Source of the DNA: a virus
Direction: 5' to 3' (one strand)
Length of the DNA stretch: 64,000 nt
IMG/VR virus record: IMGVR_UViG_3300018080_000107
This document shows, piece after piece, positions 17,663 through 26,365 of the stretch. The notes under the pieces were generated by a model, which was not told where the DNA came from, searched no databases, and saw nothing but the letters and a program-made list of their open reading frames with translations. Position 1 is the stretch's first letter, and every line of letters begins with the position of its first letter. Both the position numbers and the translations under genes were made by a program.

Positions 17663-18202
17663 TTAATCTTCTCTCACACAACAGTATGATGGTGAAAAGT
17701 CGATACACCAAACCTTTGATATTGCCCCAAAAGCGTCAGTTTCTACGATGATGTTTCCGGCGTGTCTATCCCTAAGATTCAATCCGCAAGCCTTCATTTT
17801 GTCGTAAATATAATCGCAAAGCTCAGTTTCAGCAAACTCGATATCATCAATGCTGTAATCATCTTCATCCCAATAACCTGAATCAAATTCTTCATTTTCC
17901 CTTTTCCACTGATAAAGCGACATCCCCGGACAATGCGTCATCAAGATGCCGATACGCACTATCGGCGTGCCATCAAGATGTGCCCCGTCTTTAACCTTGA
18001 CAATGCCAATGCCCTTTGGAGTGATTCCGCTAGATTCAGCCTGCTTAATATAACTGTACTCTTCAACGGCTTCATCAAAAGCCTCATCAAGTTCTTCATT
18101 CTTCAGAACCTTGATTCCGATAGTTTCAGACACCATATAATAGGTGCTATAAAGACCACTACCAACCGATGTTTTGTGAGTTACATTAAGAGTTACTTCC
18201 AT
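17663..18202 (-). CDS. minimal protein kinase-like protein, paralog 2
   Basis: GSGLYS, GIKV, EEY, DRHAGN, WCIDFSP; aligns end to end with 14002..14517. Confidence 0.75.
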   Translation of the reverse strand: MEVTLNVTHKTSVGSGLYSTYYMVSETIGIKVLKNEELDEAFDEAVEEYSYIKQAESSGITPKGIGIVKVKDGAHLDGTPIVRIGILMTHCPGMSLYQWKRENEEFDSGYWDEDDYSIDDIEFAETELCDYIYDKMKACGLNLRDRHAGNIIVETDAFGAISKVWCIDFSPSYCCVRED

Positions 18203-18343
18203 TCTTTCCTCCATTAATATCACCCTCATCAGTAGCCTTTAATACAAGGTCATCTATATGAAAATTCTTTAATCTTGGGTCCAAAAAAAAGGCGCACCAA
18301 CAAGGCACGCCACAAAACGAAAGGTCATAACGATGAATTCTGT

Positions 18344-18724
18344 TTAATCTTCCTCTACTTCAATCTCCATAAGGTTAGTAGTATCTACACCGAAAGCTTC
18401 AAGATGTTCTTTAAGGTCTGCAAGCTCATCGGCAAGTATCGTGCCGTTTATATAGTCTTCATCACTATCGCACTCGATGCCCCACAATCCGCCAGAACGT
18501 AAGGTTTCTATCCGCCTATCGCCCCGTTCATTAGTGGGATAAGATACGGTAGCCTCTACCCACATACCAAGCATCCACACGTCGCCATTATGAAATTGCT
18601 TTAATCTTTCTTCGTTGCTCGCATTGTGCTCATCCGTGAAAGTCTCGTCATACTCCAGATAAGACAAGTCGGGAAATTCGTCAACAACCTTCACAAACTT
18701 CAGTTTATCAATCGTCGGTTTCAT
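18344..18724 (-). CDS. hypothetical acidic protein
   Basis: Own class I promoter; stop codon in box. Confidence 0.7.
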   Translation of the reverse strand: MKPTIDKLKFVKVVDEFPDLSYLEYDETFTDEHNASNEERLKQFHNGDVWMLGMWVEATVSYPTNERGDRRIETLRSGGLWGIECDSDEDYINGTILADELADLKEHLEAFGVDTTNLMEIEVEED

Positions 18725-18791
18725 TGCTTCGCCTTTCTTTATTAGCCTCTATAGTTAGCCTCTAATACAAGGTCAGAAGTATTAAAATCCC

Positions 18792-19262
18792 TTAATCTAC
18801 GCACTGTCCGATGAAAACGTCACAAGCATCCCCTTCCCCGCAAGTAATCCAACATCCAATACTTTCAGCTTCTTTATCTAATGCTTCCCGAAATATCTCA
18901 TCAAGCTCAGCTTCCCATTCTTCCACATTACTACACGCCCACGGCATGTAAAATTTACCCGATGGATACAAGGAAAATACCGTGCCCAAGAAAACCATTT
19001 TAGACTTATTTCCGTCATAGTCTTCTATTACTTCTGATTCATCCAAAGCCTCTACGATTTTTTCCTTATACAGTATCCCATTATTAATAAGCTCTAATAC
19101 CTCTACTCTTTTTTGGTACTCATCTGTTTCTTGCACATCATAAAGCTTATCACCGATTGCCTTTAGATTCTGTACAATATCCACCGTCCGCCCATAGCGC
19201 ACGGCATAAAGTCCCGTGCTTACCACAATACTGTTTCTGTTAAGTTCTTCACTTGTAATCAT
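18792..19262 (-). CDS. hypothetical acidic protein
   Basis: Own class I promoter; stop codon in box. Confidence 0.7.
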   Translation of the reverse strand: MITSEELNRNSIVVSTGLYAVRYGRTVDIVQNLKAIGDKLYDVQETDEYQKRVEVLELINNGILYKEKIVEALDESEVIEDYDGNKSKMVFLGTVFSLYPSGKFYMPWACSNVEEWEAELDEIFREALDKEAESIGCWITCGEGDACDVFIGQCVD

Positions 19263-19328
19263 GTTTCACCTTTCAGTTATCGCCCTCATCAGTAACCTTC
19301 AAAACAAGGTGATATACATTAAAATTCT

Positions 19329-19814
19329 TTAAGGAATCGGGACAACATCCCCGCCGCAATTGTGCCTATACTTGCCGCCACGACGATAAGCCTTAACCAT
19401 ATTGGTATGTTTACGCTTTGTAATCGGCATTACAGTTTCGCACTTCATACAAACAGCCCTATAATCCCTTGCATTGTGCTTACAAGCCATACTATGGCAC
19501 CTTTCGGCATTGCCGCCTATCCGCCTATGCATAGCCTTCCATCGCCTGTTGTGACCGTTTCCAGGACCAACAAGAAGATGTGCTATTTCGTGCAGAACCG
19601 TGTTTCTGAAATTGCTTTCATTTTCCGCCCTTCTGAAAATCTCATTGCTCAGTTGAACCATAAACAGTTTATGCTTTGCTTTACCGGCAGTAGTCCGAAG
19701 TCTCGTATTGACACTAAAAACGATACGCCCAAGCTCCCCTTGATAGATGGGAAACCGCATCATAAGTTCCGTTCTAATTTCCTTTGCCCTTGTAATCATT
19801 TCTCTTGCGTTCAT
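19329..19814 (-). CDS. SprT-like zinc metalloprotease
   Basis: RLRTTAG, VLHEIAHL, GHNRRWK, C-terminal CxxC. Confidence 0.85.
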   Translation of the reverse strand: MNAREMITRAKEIRTELMMRFPIYQGELGRIVFSVNTRLRTTAGKAKHKLFMVQLSNEIFRRAENESNFRNTVLHEIAHLLVGPGNGHNRRWKAMHRRIGGNAERCHSMACKHNARDYRAVCMKCETVMPITKRKHTNMVKAYRRGGKYRHNCGGDVVPIP

Positions 19815-19879
19815 AGTTTGCCCTTTCAGTTATTGCTCTCTATAGGACACCTTGAATACAAGGTCATACATATTAAAAC

Positions 19880-20104
19880 TTATTCATAATCAATCTCAGC
19901 ACCAAAGACGGAAGCCGGTATATTATCGGGATTCTGACGTTTCATCCATGATGGCGGATTGTCAAGCTTCACCTTAACACCGAGATAACCATCTTCCTCA
20001 AAATAACTTACAACCTTTCCCGTGCCAAGTCCGTTTAGTAGAACCTTAACAATTGAACCGATAGCCGGTACGCCACTTTTGCCAGACCATTTAATATCTT
20101 TCAT
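19880..20104 (-). CDS. hypothetical protein
   Basis: Bracketed by boxes. Confidence 0.65.
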   Translation of the reverse strand: MKDIKWSGKSGVPAIGSIVKVLLNGLGTGKVVSYFEEDGYLGVKVKLDNPPSWMKRQNPDNIPASVFGAEIDYE

Positions 20105-20117
20105 GATAAACCTTTCA

Positions 20118-20279
20118 TTAAATAGGATTGAACGTAGGATTAACTTGCGTCAATGGCGCTATCGTCCATTCTGAATCAATATTCATTTCAGCCCACATTG
20201 ATGCAACCTCCATACAATCCCAAGGTCCATAAAAAGTTGCACCGTCAACCATATTCCCAACAATCAAAACGTAAACCAT
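20118..20279 (-). CDS. 53-aa hypothetical protein
   Basis: MVYVLIVGNMVDGATFYGPW...; GGAG RBS inside box. Confidence 0.6.
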   Translation of the reverse strand: MVYVLIVGNMVDGATFYGPWDCMEVASMWAEMNIDSEWTIAPLTQVNPTFNPI

Positions 20280-20290
20280 ATTAATCTCCA

Positions 20291-20695
20291 TTAACCTATG
20301 ACGTTATCAATGCTTCCATTCTCACAATGCCACGTTTCACAATCATCAATCTCCATTCCGATTTTTGTGAAAGTTCTTTCAGTAATCAGCCCATCCCTTT
20401 CGCAAGCCTTCAAGGCTTCCCGCCAAAGCTCGATAATTTCCCAATGGGTACGCCCTTCCCCGCCACACTCGGCAGCCTCATGAATGCGATTACACATTTC
20501 ACGCTTTTCAGGACAAGCCGAGTAGCCCAAGCCACTTATGAAAGATTCTTCATAAGCCTGAAAGTATTCTGAATTATAGAAGTCCTCAAGATTATGAATC
20601 CCTTCATCATTCTGCTTGCGTACAAGCTTCAGCCTTTCGGCTTTCTCGTCAATCGTCACGTCAACAGGACAAAATTCAATCGTTACAGTTTTCAT
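20291..20695 (-). CDS. hypothetical protein
   Basis: Start reassigned to MKTVT; own class I promoter. Confidence 0.65.
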   Translation of the reverse strand: MKTVTIEFCPVDVTIDEKAERLKLVRKQNDEGIHNLEDFYNSEYFQAYEESFISGLGYSACPEKREMCNRIHEAAECGGEGRTHWEIIELWREALKACERDGLITERTFTKIGMEIDDCETWHCENGSIDNVIG

Positions 20696-20756
20696 TGTTT
20701 CACCTTTCGTTATTGCCGCCCTCATCTATAGCCTGCAATACAAGGCGACATACAGA

Positions 20757-21191
20757 TTAATCTTTCTTAATTTTGTATATGATGTAAGCGCCCTTCTTTT
20801 CCGCCACAACCTCAAAAGGCAGTACACGATTTACTTGATAAGTTCCGGTTTTCGTCCATCCTTCTTTCTTGATGTCTCGCCTAACTGTAATGTATGCAGT
20901 TCCACCAACAACAAGGTAATCATGAATGCCCTTTAATACACCGTGAACCTCATCGTCAGTTATGACATTCAATACATAATTACAAACAACTGTATCAAAT
21001 TGCCCTTCCGGCTTCTCAGGACGATGGAACGGGTCAAAGCCTGCAATACCAAGCTCATCGGCGTCAAAGCCTTTCCCACAACCATAGTCCAATACACGCC
21101 CCGTCAGAAGTCCTCTATCCCTTAGAAGTCGCATAGGGACACTAAGGGTTTTTCTCGTGATTGCTGTTTTGTGTGCTTTGTCATTCTTCAT
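20757..21191 (-). CDS. class I SAM-dependent methyltransferase
   Basis: VLDYGCGKGFD...FDP...FDTVVCNYVLNVI. Confidence 0.8.
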   Translation of the reverse strand: MKNDKAHKTAITRKTLSVPMRLLRDRGLLTGRVLDYGCGKGFDADELGIAGFDPFHRPEKPEGQFDTVVCNYVLNVITDDEVHGVLKGIHDYLVVGGTAYITVRRDIKKEGWTKTGTYQVNRVLPFEVVAEKKGAYIIYKIKKD

Positions 21192-21362
21192 TAGTTTGCC
21201 TTTCATTTGTTTTCCGCCCTCATTGGTAGCCTGAAATACAAGGTATTGTGAAAAAAGATTAACTGTATATCCTAAGTCTTGTATTTGAGGCTACTTATGA
21301 ACGGGGAGTTATCCCCACCTATTCTATCTTATATAACAAGCGAAAATAGGAGGATTTGCCAG

Positions 21363-21530
21363 ACGAAAATGAGTTAATGATTACGAAAGTTTAATGATTA
21401 ATGTTTTTTAATGAATGAATTTTAATGAAGATTCTTTAATGTGAAAATCGCTTAATGTATGATGTGATTTTCATAGAGCCAGAAGGTTTCGGCGTCGAAG
21501 GCTAAGAGCGGCCAATATCCGGCGTCGAAG
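21363..21530. repeat. tandem array of about 7 ATKAA-N6-TTMAT-like boxes plus two AGAGC-N11-GGCGTCGAAG motifs
   Basis: Exact boxes at 21397, 21411 and 21425; near matches at 21363, 21380, 21441 and 21459; bipartite motifs at 21475 and 21505. Confidence 0.8.
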
Positions 21531-21577
21531 CCTTTTTTTGTTGACCCGACATTAAGAAATTTTAATCTAATGTGCAT

Positions 21578-21650
21578 AAAAAAACCCACCGCAACAAGCG
21601 ATGGGTTCTGGTTTGTCCCTGGTCGGGTCGCTACGCTGCGACCCGCCATG
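21578..21650 (-). terminator. terminator and hairpins after the MazG operon
   Basis: AACCCA/TGGGTT hairpin with A-run and CGGGTCGC/GCGACCCG hairpin. Confidence 0.55.
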
Positions 21651-21658
21651 CTTGAGTG

Positions 21659-21988
21659 TTACCTATCATCCCCACTTCCATGAAGCTTCCCCCTGCGCTT
21701 CCTATCATAAAGCTTATCAATATTTGTTTGTGCAATATCGGCAAGGTCAAGATTAAGTTCTTCCGCCAAAGCTGCGAGATACCATAGCACGTCTCCCAGT
21801 TCCTTCTTTAGCGCCCGTCTAAGCTCGTCTGACAGCACTCCACCACTGTCGCGTATCATCTTCTTAATCTTCTCTGCTATCTCTCCAGCCTCGCCACAAA
21901 GCCCCAGTGTTGGATAAATAATATTGTTTCCCTTATTCGGATAAACAGCAGTCTCCATCGCCCTTTGCTGATACATATTAAAGTCCAT
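21659..21988 (-). CDS. MazG-like nucleoside triphosphate pyrophosphohydrolase
   Basis: LGLCGEAGEIAEKIKK...KELGDVLWY...GSGDDR. Confidence 0.9.
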   Translation of the reverse strand: MDFNMYQQRAMETAVYPNKGNNIIYPTLGLCGEAGEIAEKIKKMIRDSGGVLSDELRRALKKELGDVLWYLAALAEELNLDLADIAQTNIDKLYDRKRRGKLHGSGDDR

Positions 21989-22428
21989 TAATTTCCCCCT
22001 TTGTTCCCATACTTTTCCTGCATTTCAATCTTGCGCTGCAAAACTCTAATGTCTCTTTGTGCCTTTTCCCTTACTGGCTTGACAACGCAACGCTCATATA
22101 TAGCATTGATTTCTTTTACATCGCCACGCATTGCTCCCTTTGCTCGTGCAAAAGCAATTTGACGCCCCATCCTTTTGCTGAAAGTATCGTCACACTGACA
22201 AAACGCATGGCCGATAGATACAGTTGCCCACGCCTTCAAGTCGCCATCACGCAAACGCTTCTTGATGATTGCCGTAGTCATAAACTCTACATCTTCAACA
22301 GCACGCTCAGTCATTTCATCGATAAAACCGCCCTCAACAGTCCTATCTACCGCACGCCTAAGCTCGTCGTTAGTGAAAAACACATCCTTGTGCTCGAAAA
22401 ATACCTGATAGTCGCCTTCTTTCCACAT
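21988..22428 (-). CDS. hypothetical phage protein
   Basis: GHAFC...DTFSKRMGRQIAFARA motif. Confidence 0.7.
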   Translation of the reverse strand: MWKEGDYQVFFEHKDVFFTNDELRRAVDRTVEGGFIDEMTERAVEDVEFMTTAIIKKRLRDGDLKAWATVSIGHAFCQCDDTFSKRMGRQIAFARAKGAMRGDVKEINAIYERCVVKPVREKAQRDIRVLQRKIEMQEKYGNKGGN

Positions 22429-22431
22429 AAT

Positions 22432-22683
22432 TTACTCCTGTACAAAACCAAGCCAAATAATTTTCTCTGATTTTAACAGAAAAGTATTCAACAATTCTGA
22501 CACTGCATCAATATGTCCTTTGACAAACCGAGTATGATGAATACCCGCAATGCTCGTGAATGTTATTAAGGTTTTTTCACCGTCCACAAACTTGATGGAA
22601 CAAGCATACTGACACAACGGGAAATACTCTGTCCGACATTCATTATCAATCGCTATTACTTTGTTCATTACCAATGCTTCCAA
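22432..22683 (-). CDS. hypothetical protein
   Basis: ORF in operon. Confidence 0.55.
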   Translation of the reverse strand: MEALVMNKVIAIDNECRTEYFPLCQYACSIKFVDGEKTLITFTSIAGIHHTRFVKGHIDAVSELLNTFLLKSEKIIWLGFVQE

Positions 22684-22840
22684 AAACTCTTATGGTATCC
22701 ACACTTTGTACACAGAAGCGACACCCTATCGCCAGTCCGCTTGTCACCAAAACAACCCTTCACTTGTGCCCACTCCTCATGCTTTTCAAATTCATGTTTA
22801 CAAAAACACTGTCTTAGATAATTTATAAACCAACGCACTA

Positions 22841-23518
22841 TTAAACCTCTACCTTTTCTGCATATTTCTTATGATAATTCTTTAAGAAAGTCGGTGCCTT
22901 ATTGAATTGGTCAGGAGAAAAATAAACTCTCCGGTCAAGAAATCCCATAAAATAAAACGTCACATAGCTCGACAAAAACATGTCGTTATTATGTTCAAGA
23001 TCCACAATATGGTCGAATAGCACTACCGCCGCCTTAATATCCGCCACTGTGAAAAGAGGCATCATAGCCTCCAACTTACCGGCTTCCCTTGCGATGATGG
23101 CCCAGTTATCGCCACCATACATTCTATCCCAATGCAGTTGATTGAATGCCCTTTCACACTCCTCAAATGAAATTATCCTATTGTCACGTATGCTTATGAA
23201 AACATATTCATTTTTGTAGTTTCTTTTCAGCCAAGCCTCATTATGTTCCTTCCTCCTATTCTGCTTGGCAAGTGCTTCCTCTGGACTATTTGAATACCAG
23301 TCTACCGTATGTTGATTTTCAGAACTACCATGCCGCCAATGGCGCAATTCCTTACAGCACGCATTCTTACAAACTGTTAAAAGCTTCCCAATCTTCCCTT
23401 CAAGCTCACTGATTACCCTGCGCAACTCAGCCTCACGCATTTTATGCAGATGTGGAAGCATATGTGAAATCAAATAAACAGAATGAAAATCGCCAATCTT
23501 CATCTTCATACGCATCAT
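22841..23518 (-). CDS. hypothetical phage protein
   Basis: 225 aa; YGGDNW...FDHIVDLEHNN motif. Confidence 0.7.
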   Translation of the reverse strand: MMRMKMKIGDFHSVYLISHMLPHLHKMREAELRRVISELEGKIGKLLTVCKNACCKELRHWRHGSSENQHTVDWYSNSPEEALAKQNRRKEHNEAWLKRNYKNEYVFISIRDNRIISFEECERAFNQLHWDRMYGGDNWAIIAREAGKLEAMMPLFTVADIKAAVVLFDHIVDLEHNNDMFLSSYVTFYFMGFLDRRVYFSPDQFNKAPTFLKNYHKKYAEKVEV

Positions 23519-23781
23519 CAGTTCTCCAACACGTCAACCTCATTAGCCTTAACAATATGAATACGCCTTGTCTTATCAAGCAAAACAGTATAAGCCTCTG
23601 TATGTGGATGTACATACGTCACCGTACCAACCTTACCACGAATAAGCGGACTAATATAGTTCAGTCGCTTGATGCAAACCCTGTCACCCTTTTCAAGATA
23701 AACATGTCCTTTAATCTTCTTCATATCAAACCTCCTATAATAAGCCCCAGAAACAAGGCTCATTAAGATTTTTTCACGCAC
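23518..23781 (-). CDS. hypothetical SH3/KOW-like protein
   Basis: KGDRV...GKVGTV; true start may be downstream. Confidence 0.5.
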   Translation of the reverse strand: MREKILMSLVSGAYYRRFDMKKIKGHVYLEKGDRVCIKRLNYISPLIRGKVGTVTYVHPHTEAYTVLLDKTRRIHIVKANEVDVLEN

Positions 23782-24035
23782 TTAACAAATGTCTCACAAT
23801 CTTCAGGAATTATAAAAGCCGTGAAAGGCTTCCCCCTGCCAAACGGTGGCTGGTTCTTAATCGCATATACCAATGAAGGATTGCTAAACCCCATAGGCAC
23901 CGCTTCATCGCCCCAATATACTGCATTAACTTCGTCAGTATAGAAACCGCCACAACGCCCACATCGGCACTCTCGCCTATGTTCGGAAACCAACCGAACC
24001 ACATCTTGACAATGCGTACATAAAACTAATTTCAT
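23763..24035 (-). CDS. hypothetical Cys-rich protein
   Basis: CTHCQD...CRCGRC. Confidence 0.65.
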   Translation of the reverse strand: MKLVLCTHCQDVVRLVSEHRRECRCGRCGGFYTDEVNAVYWGDEAVPMGFSNPSLVYAIKNQPPFGRGKPFTAFIIPEDCETFVKCVKKS

Positions 24036-24229
24036 ACTTTCTTCCTCTGAAACATTACCTTATAGTAATATTTCGTGTAAGAACCTTCTTCATAATCATA
24101 AGATACTTCTTCTGAATCTTCTTTCATCCATACGACAAACCAACCAAGCTTGCCTTCTTCGTCAAGAACCTTGATTAAGTCTTTTTCACTAATCAACGTT
24201 ATTAACTGTGATTCATATTCATCGTACAT
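24032..24229 (-). CDS. hypothetical protein
   Basis: Coupled ORF. Confidence 0.55.
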   Translation of the reverse strand: MYDEYESQLITLISEKDLIKVLDEEGKLGWFVVWMKEDSEEVSYDYEEGSYTKYYYKVMFQRKKV

Positions 24230-24585
24230 TAATCGTCATCCTCATCCTTAAGCTTAAGTAGTCGCTTAATAGATTCAATATCAGCCTCAATCTCATCGCG
24301 TTCTTCTTTTACTTCCGCAAGGCGATTGCGACAATGGCTCAAATCAATATTCAAATTCTTGATTTTTCGTTCCAAGTCACATTTCTGATTATATGCACTA
24401 CTACACTTAGCACAATACAAACTAAAAAAAACAATTGTTCCAACAAACAACAATCCTGCGCCAATGGATAGTGCCAACAATCCACCAAGATGCATTTCAA
24501 CAATCATTATTACTCCATCATAATCTTCCAAATTTACCGGGTGGCTCCATAGCACCCAAAGGCAAACCATAACGTTCTTTAACAA
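24229..24585 (-). CDS. TM coiled-coil protein
   Basis: Hydrophobic segment then heptads; start likely near 24508. Confidence 0.55.
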   Translation of the reverse strand: MLKNVMVCLWVLWSHPVNLEDYDGVIMIVEMHLGGLLALSIGAGLLFVGTIVFFSLYCAKCSSAYNQKCDLERKIKNLNIDLSHCRNRLAEVKEERDEIEADIESIKRLLKLKDEDDD

Positions 24586-24814
24586 GGTTCAACAGACGCC
24601 AAATTGCAATAAGCTCATCGATGTCTCGATAGTCTGTCTTCCAAGCCCAATCAAGTTCTTCCCAACAAATCCGAACAGATTCCTTATCAAACTCTTCTAA
24701 CTCTTCAAGGAAAAGTTCAGGATTGTAATACCTAATATCAACAACGCCCCAACCCTTTTCCCACCTTAGCCATTTTCCAGAATTACTCATACCATCTTCC
24801 TTCCGGTTCAACAT
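24518..24814 (-). CDS. hypothetical protein
   Basis: ORF in operon. Confidence 0.55.
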   Translation of the reverse strand: MLNRKEDGMSNSGKWLRWEKGWGVVDIRYYNPELFLEELEEFDKESVRICWEELDWAWKTDYRDIDELIAIWRLLNLVKERYGLPLGAMEPPGKFGRL

Positions 24815-25028
24815 CTGCCCAGTCTAACTTATACGCACGCCTAATAAGTATTAGCTCGTACCAAATCACTCTCAGTCTCATGCTAAGTGCTTCAGACCAA
24901 CCCTCAGTTCTGTGAACTCGATTAAGTCTCCGCAACTCCAAGTGATGGTCATATACAAGCTCATAATCACGTGCAGTCATAACAGGCACCAAGTGCCGTA
25001 TGTAACGCCAATATTCCGTCATATCCAT
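24783..25028 (-). CDS. hypothetical protein
   Basis: Follows class I promoter at 25049. Confidence 0.55.
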   Translation of the reverse strand: MDMTEYWRYIRHLVPVMTARDYELVYDHHLELRRLNRVHRTEGWSEALSMRLRVIWYELILIRRAYKLDWADVEPEGRWYE

Positions 25029-25088
25029 TTTAAAGCTCCCTTCTATAGTAAGCCTTAAAAACAAGGTGTCAGGAAAATTAATATGCGC

Positions 25089-25448
25089 TCATACAAAATG
25101 AAGATGACACTCGTTTCTTCCCTGCCTCCACTTTGCTATTGTGTCCTCAGTGCCTCCCGTCCTATCAGAAGCCACACAAGCTATCAAGACGTGCGAACGT
25201 TTAGCAATATGTGTGTTGCGTGCTAATCCTGCCCGACGCCCTTCAGCAGACCAATTAGGATAGAATATCAAGATGGGCATTCCATATTCTTTTGCTATTT
25301 CCTCTGCAAAATGGTCAGCCCCCTTTGGACAACCGCCAGACACAAGGATGTCGCCGGGTTCATATAGTTCAAGTATTTTACTTTCGACCTTGATTTTATC
25401 AACCTGCGAATCCCTGCGCCTGCTTCCTACTACTCCAATATATTTCAT
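25089..25448 (-). CDS. SLOG superfamily (DprA/Smf/YspA-like) protein
   Basis: IGVVGSR, VSGGCPKGAD, RN, GGTEDTI. Confidence 0.8.
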   Translation of the reverse strand: MKYIGVVGSRRRDSQVDKIKVESKILELYEPGDILVSGGCPKGADHFAEEIAKEYGMPILIFYPNWSAEGRRAGLARNTHIAKRSHVLIACVASDRTGGTEDTIAKWRQGRNECHLHFV

Positions 25449-25735
25449 CGATTTCTGCGCCTAAAATCAAGCATAGCCTTACGCGCATTGGCTATACGCC
25501 GCTTATTACTCGGCACCATCAACACCTGAAGAATGCCAAGTCCAGCCATACAGACAAGAACCTCAAGCCAGAACACAATCGCACCAGCCCAAATTGTACC
25601 AGCCACAATGGCAAACTTCTCCCAGAAAGTTTCTGGTCCCATCAGCGTCCAAGGCAAAGTACAAAGATAACAAAACAGCGCGATAAACGCAACCACCCAC
25701 ACGATAGCCAAACCTACATGAATCAAAGTTCTCAT
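25445..25735 (-). CDS. membrane protein, paralog of 17235..17408
   Basis: PWTLMGPETFWEKFA. Confidence 0.6.
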   Translation of the reverse strand: MRTLIHVGLAIVWVVAFIALFCYLCTLPWTLMGPETFWEKFAIVAGTIWAGAIVFWLEVLVCMAGLGILQVLMVPSNKRRIANARKAMLDFRRRNR

Positions 25736-25760
25736 TACTCTTTCCTTAAAAACAACTCTA

Positions 25761-25789
25761 AAAAAATGGGCGGGTAACATCCCCGCCCG
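25761..25789 (-). terminator. intrinsic terminator
   Basis: GGGCGGG/CCCGCCC hairpin with U-tract. Confidence 0.7.
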
Positions 25790-25820
25790 TCCATACGAAA
25801 GGAGTCGGGCAAACGCCCGT

Positions 25821-26004
25821 TGTGAACACCTCCAAAAATCCCCCAGTTGGCGTTCTTTATTTATGAACGCTTTCCTCTGGCAAGGCGGACGATTTGCTCT
25901 GGCAATACAGTTCTACGGTGGCCAGACCTCCCCATATTAGCCTCAACTTAAAGCTACCAGACCTTAAGCGATTTGTCGCCCCTAATAAACAACCGGGTTC
26001 TACA
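25821..26004 (-). ncRNA. candidate structured ncRNA
   Basis: Closing stem CCCGGTTG/CAACTGGG; internal GGCGA/TCGCT, TCTGGTA/TGCCAGA, GCGTTC/GAACGC. Confidence 0.4.
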
Positions 26005-26030
26005 ATAAACTATATTTTTAAAATTAATAA

Positions 26031-26186
26031 TGTTGCGAAGGTATCAGCCCCGCATTGCCGCTGGTACGACCGAACGATTTGTTGCAGCACGGTTTCTACG
26101 TCCATTCAACATGTTTACTGAACTCCAGCGTGCCGCGTCCTACAGGATGCCAGTCCCACAGGTTTTTGTCGTTCCTGCTTTACAAT
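26031..26186 (-). ncRNA. candidate structured ncRNA
   Basis: Stems GAACGA/TCGTTC, GCGGCACG/CGTGCTGC, GTACCAGC/GCTGATAC. Confidence 0.4.
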
Positions 26187-26221
26187 TTACAATACGCAAC
26201 CCATCCTTGGGTCACTTGCGC

Positions 26222-26365
26222 TTAACTCCTGCGCCGCAACCAAGCTACAAACTTCTTGGAATGCGGCCCCTCACGACCCTCAAGCCAGCACAGCACTTCC
26301 GATGCTGTCAACTCGCCCTTTTTAACCTTTTGCTTTAGTGCTCCAGGCTTAATTGCTTCAGCCAT
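26222..26365 (-). CDS. 47-aa basic protein
   Basis: MAEAIKPGALKQKV...; AAGGAGGT RBS. Confidence 0.6.
   Translation of the reverse strand: MAEAIKPGALKQKVKKGELTASEVLCWLEGREGPHSKKFVAWLRRRS

Noticed and set aside
21452-21649. 65-aa minus-strand ORF
   Set aside because: It runs through terminator hairpins and the repeat module and has no RBS; the region is better explained as non-coding.
25894-26338. Plus-strand ORFs 25894..26121 and 26030..26338
   Set aside because: Opposite to local transcription, TTG starts without RBS, overlapping structured sequence and a better minus-strand ORF.
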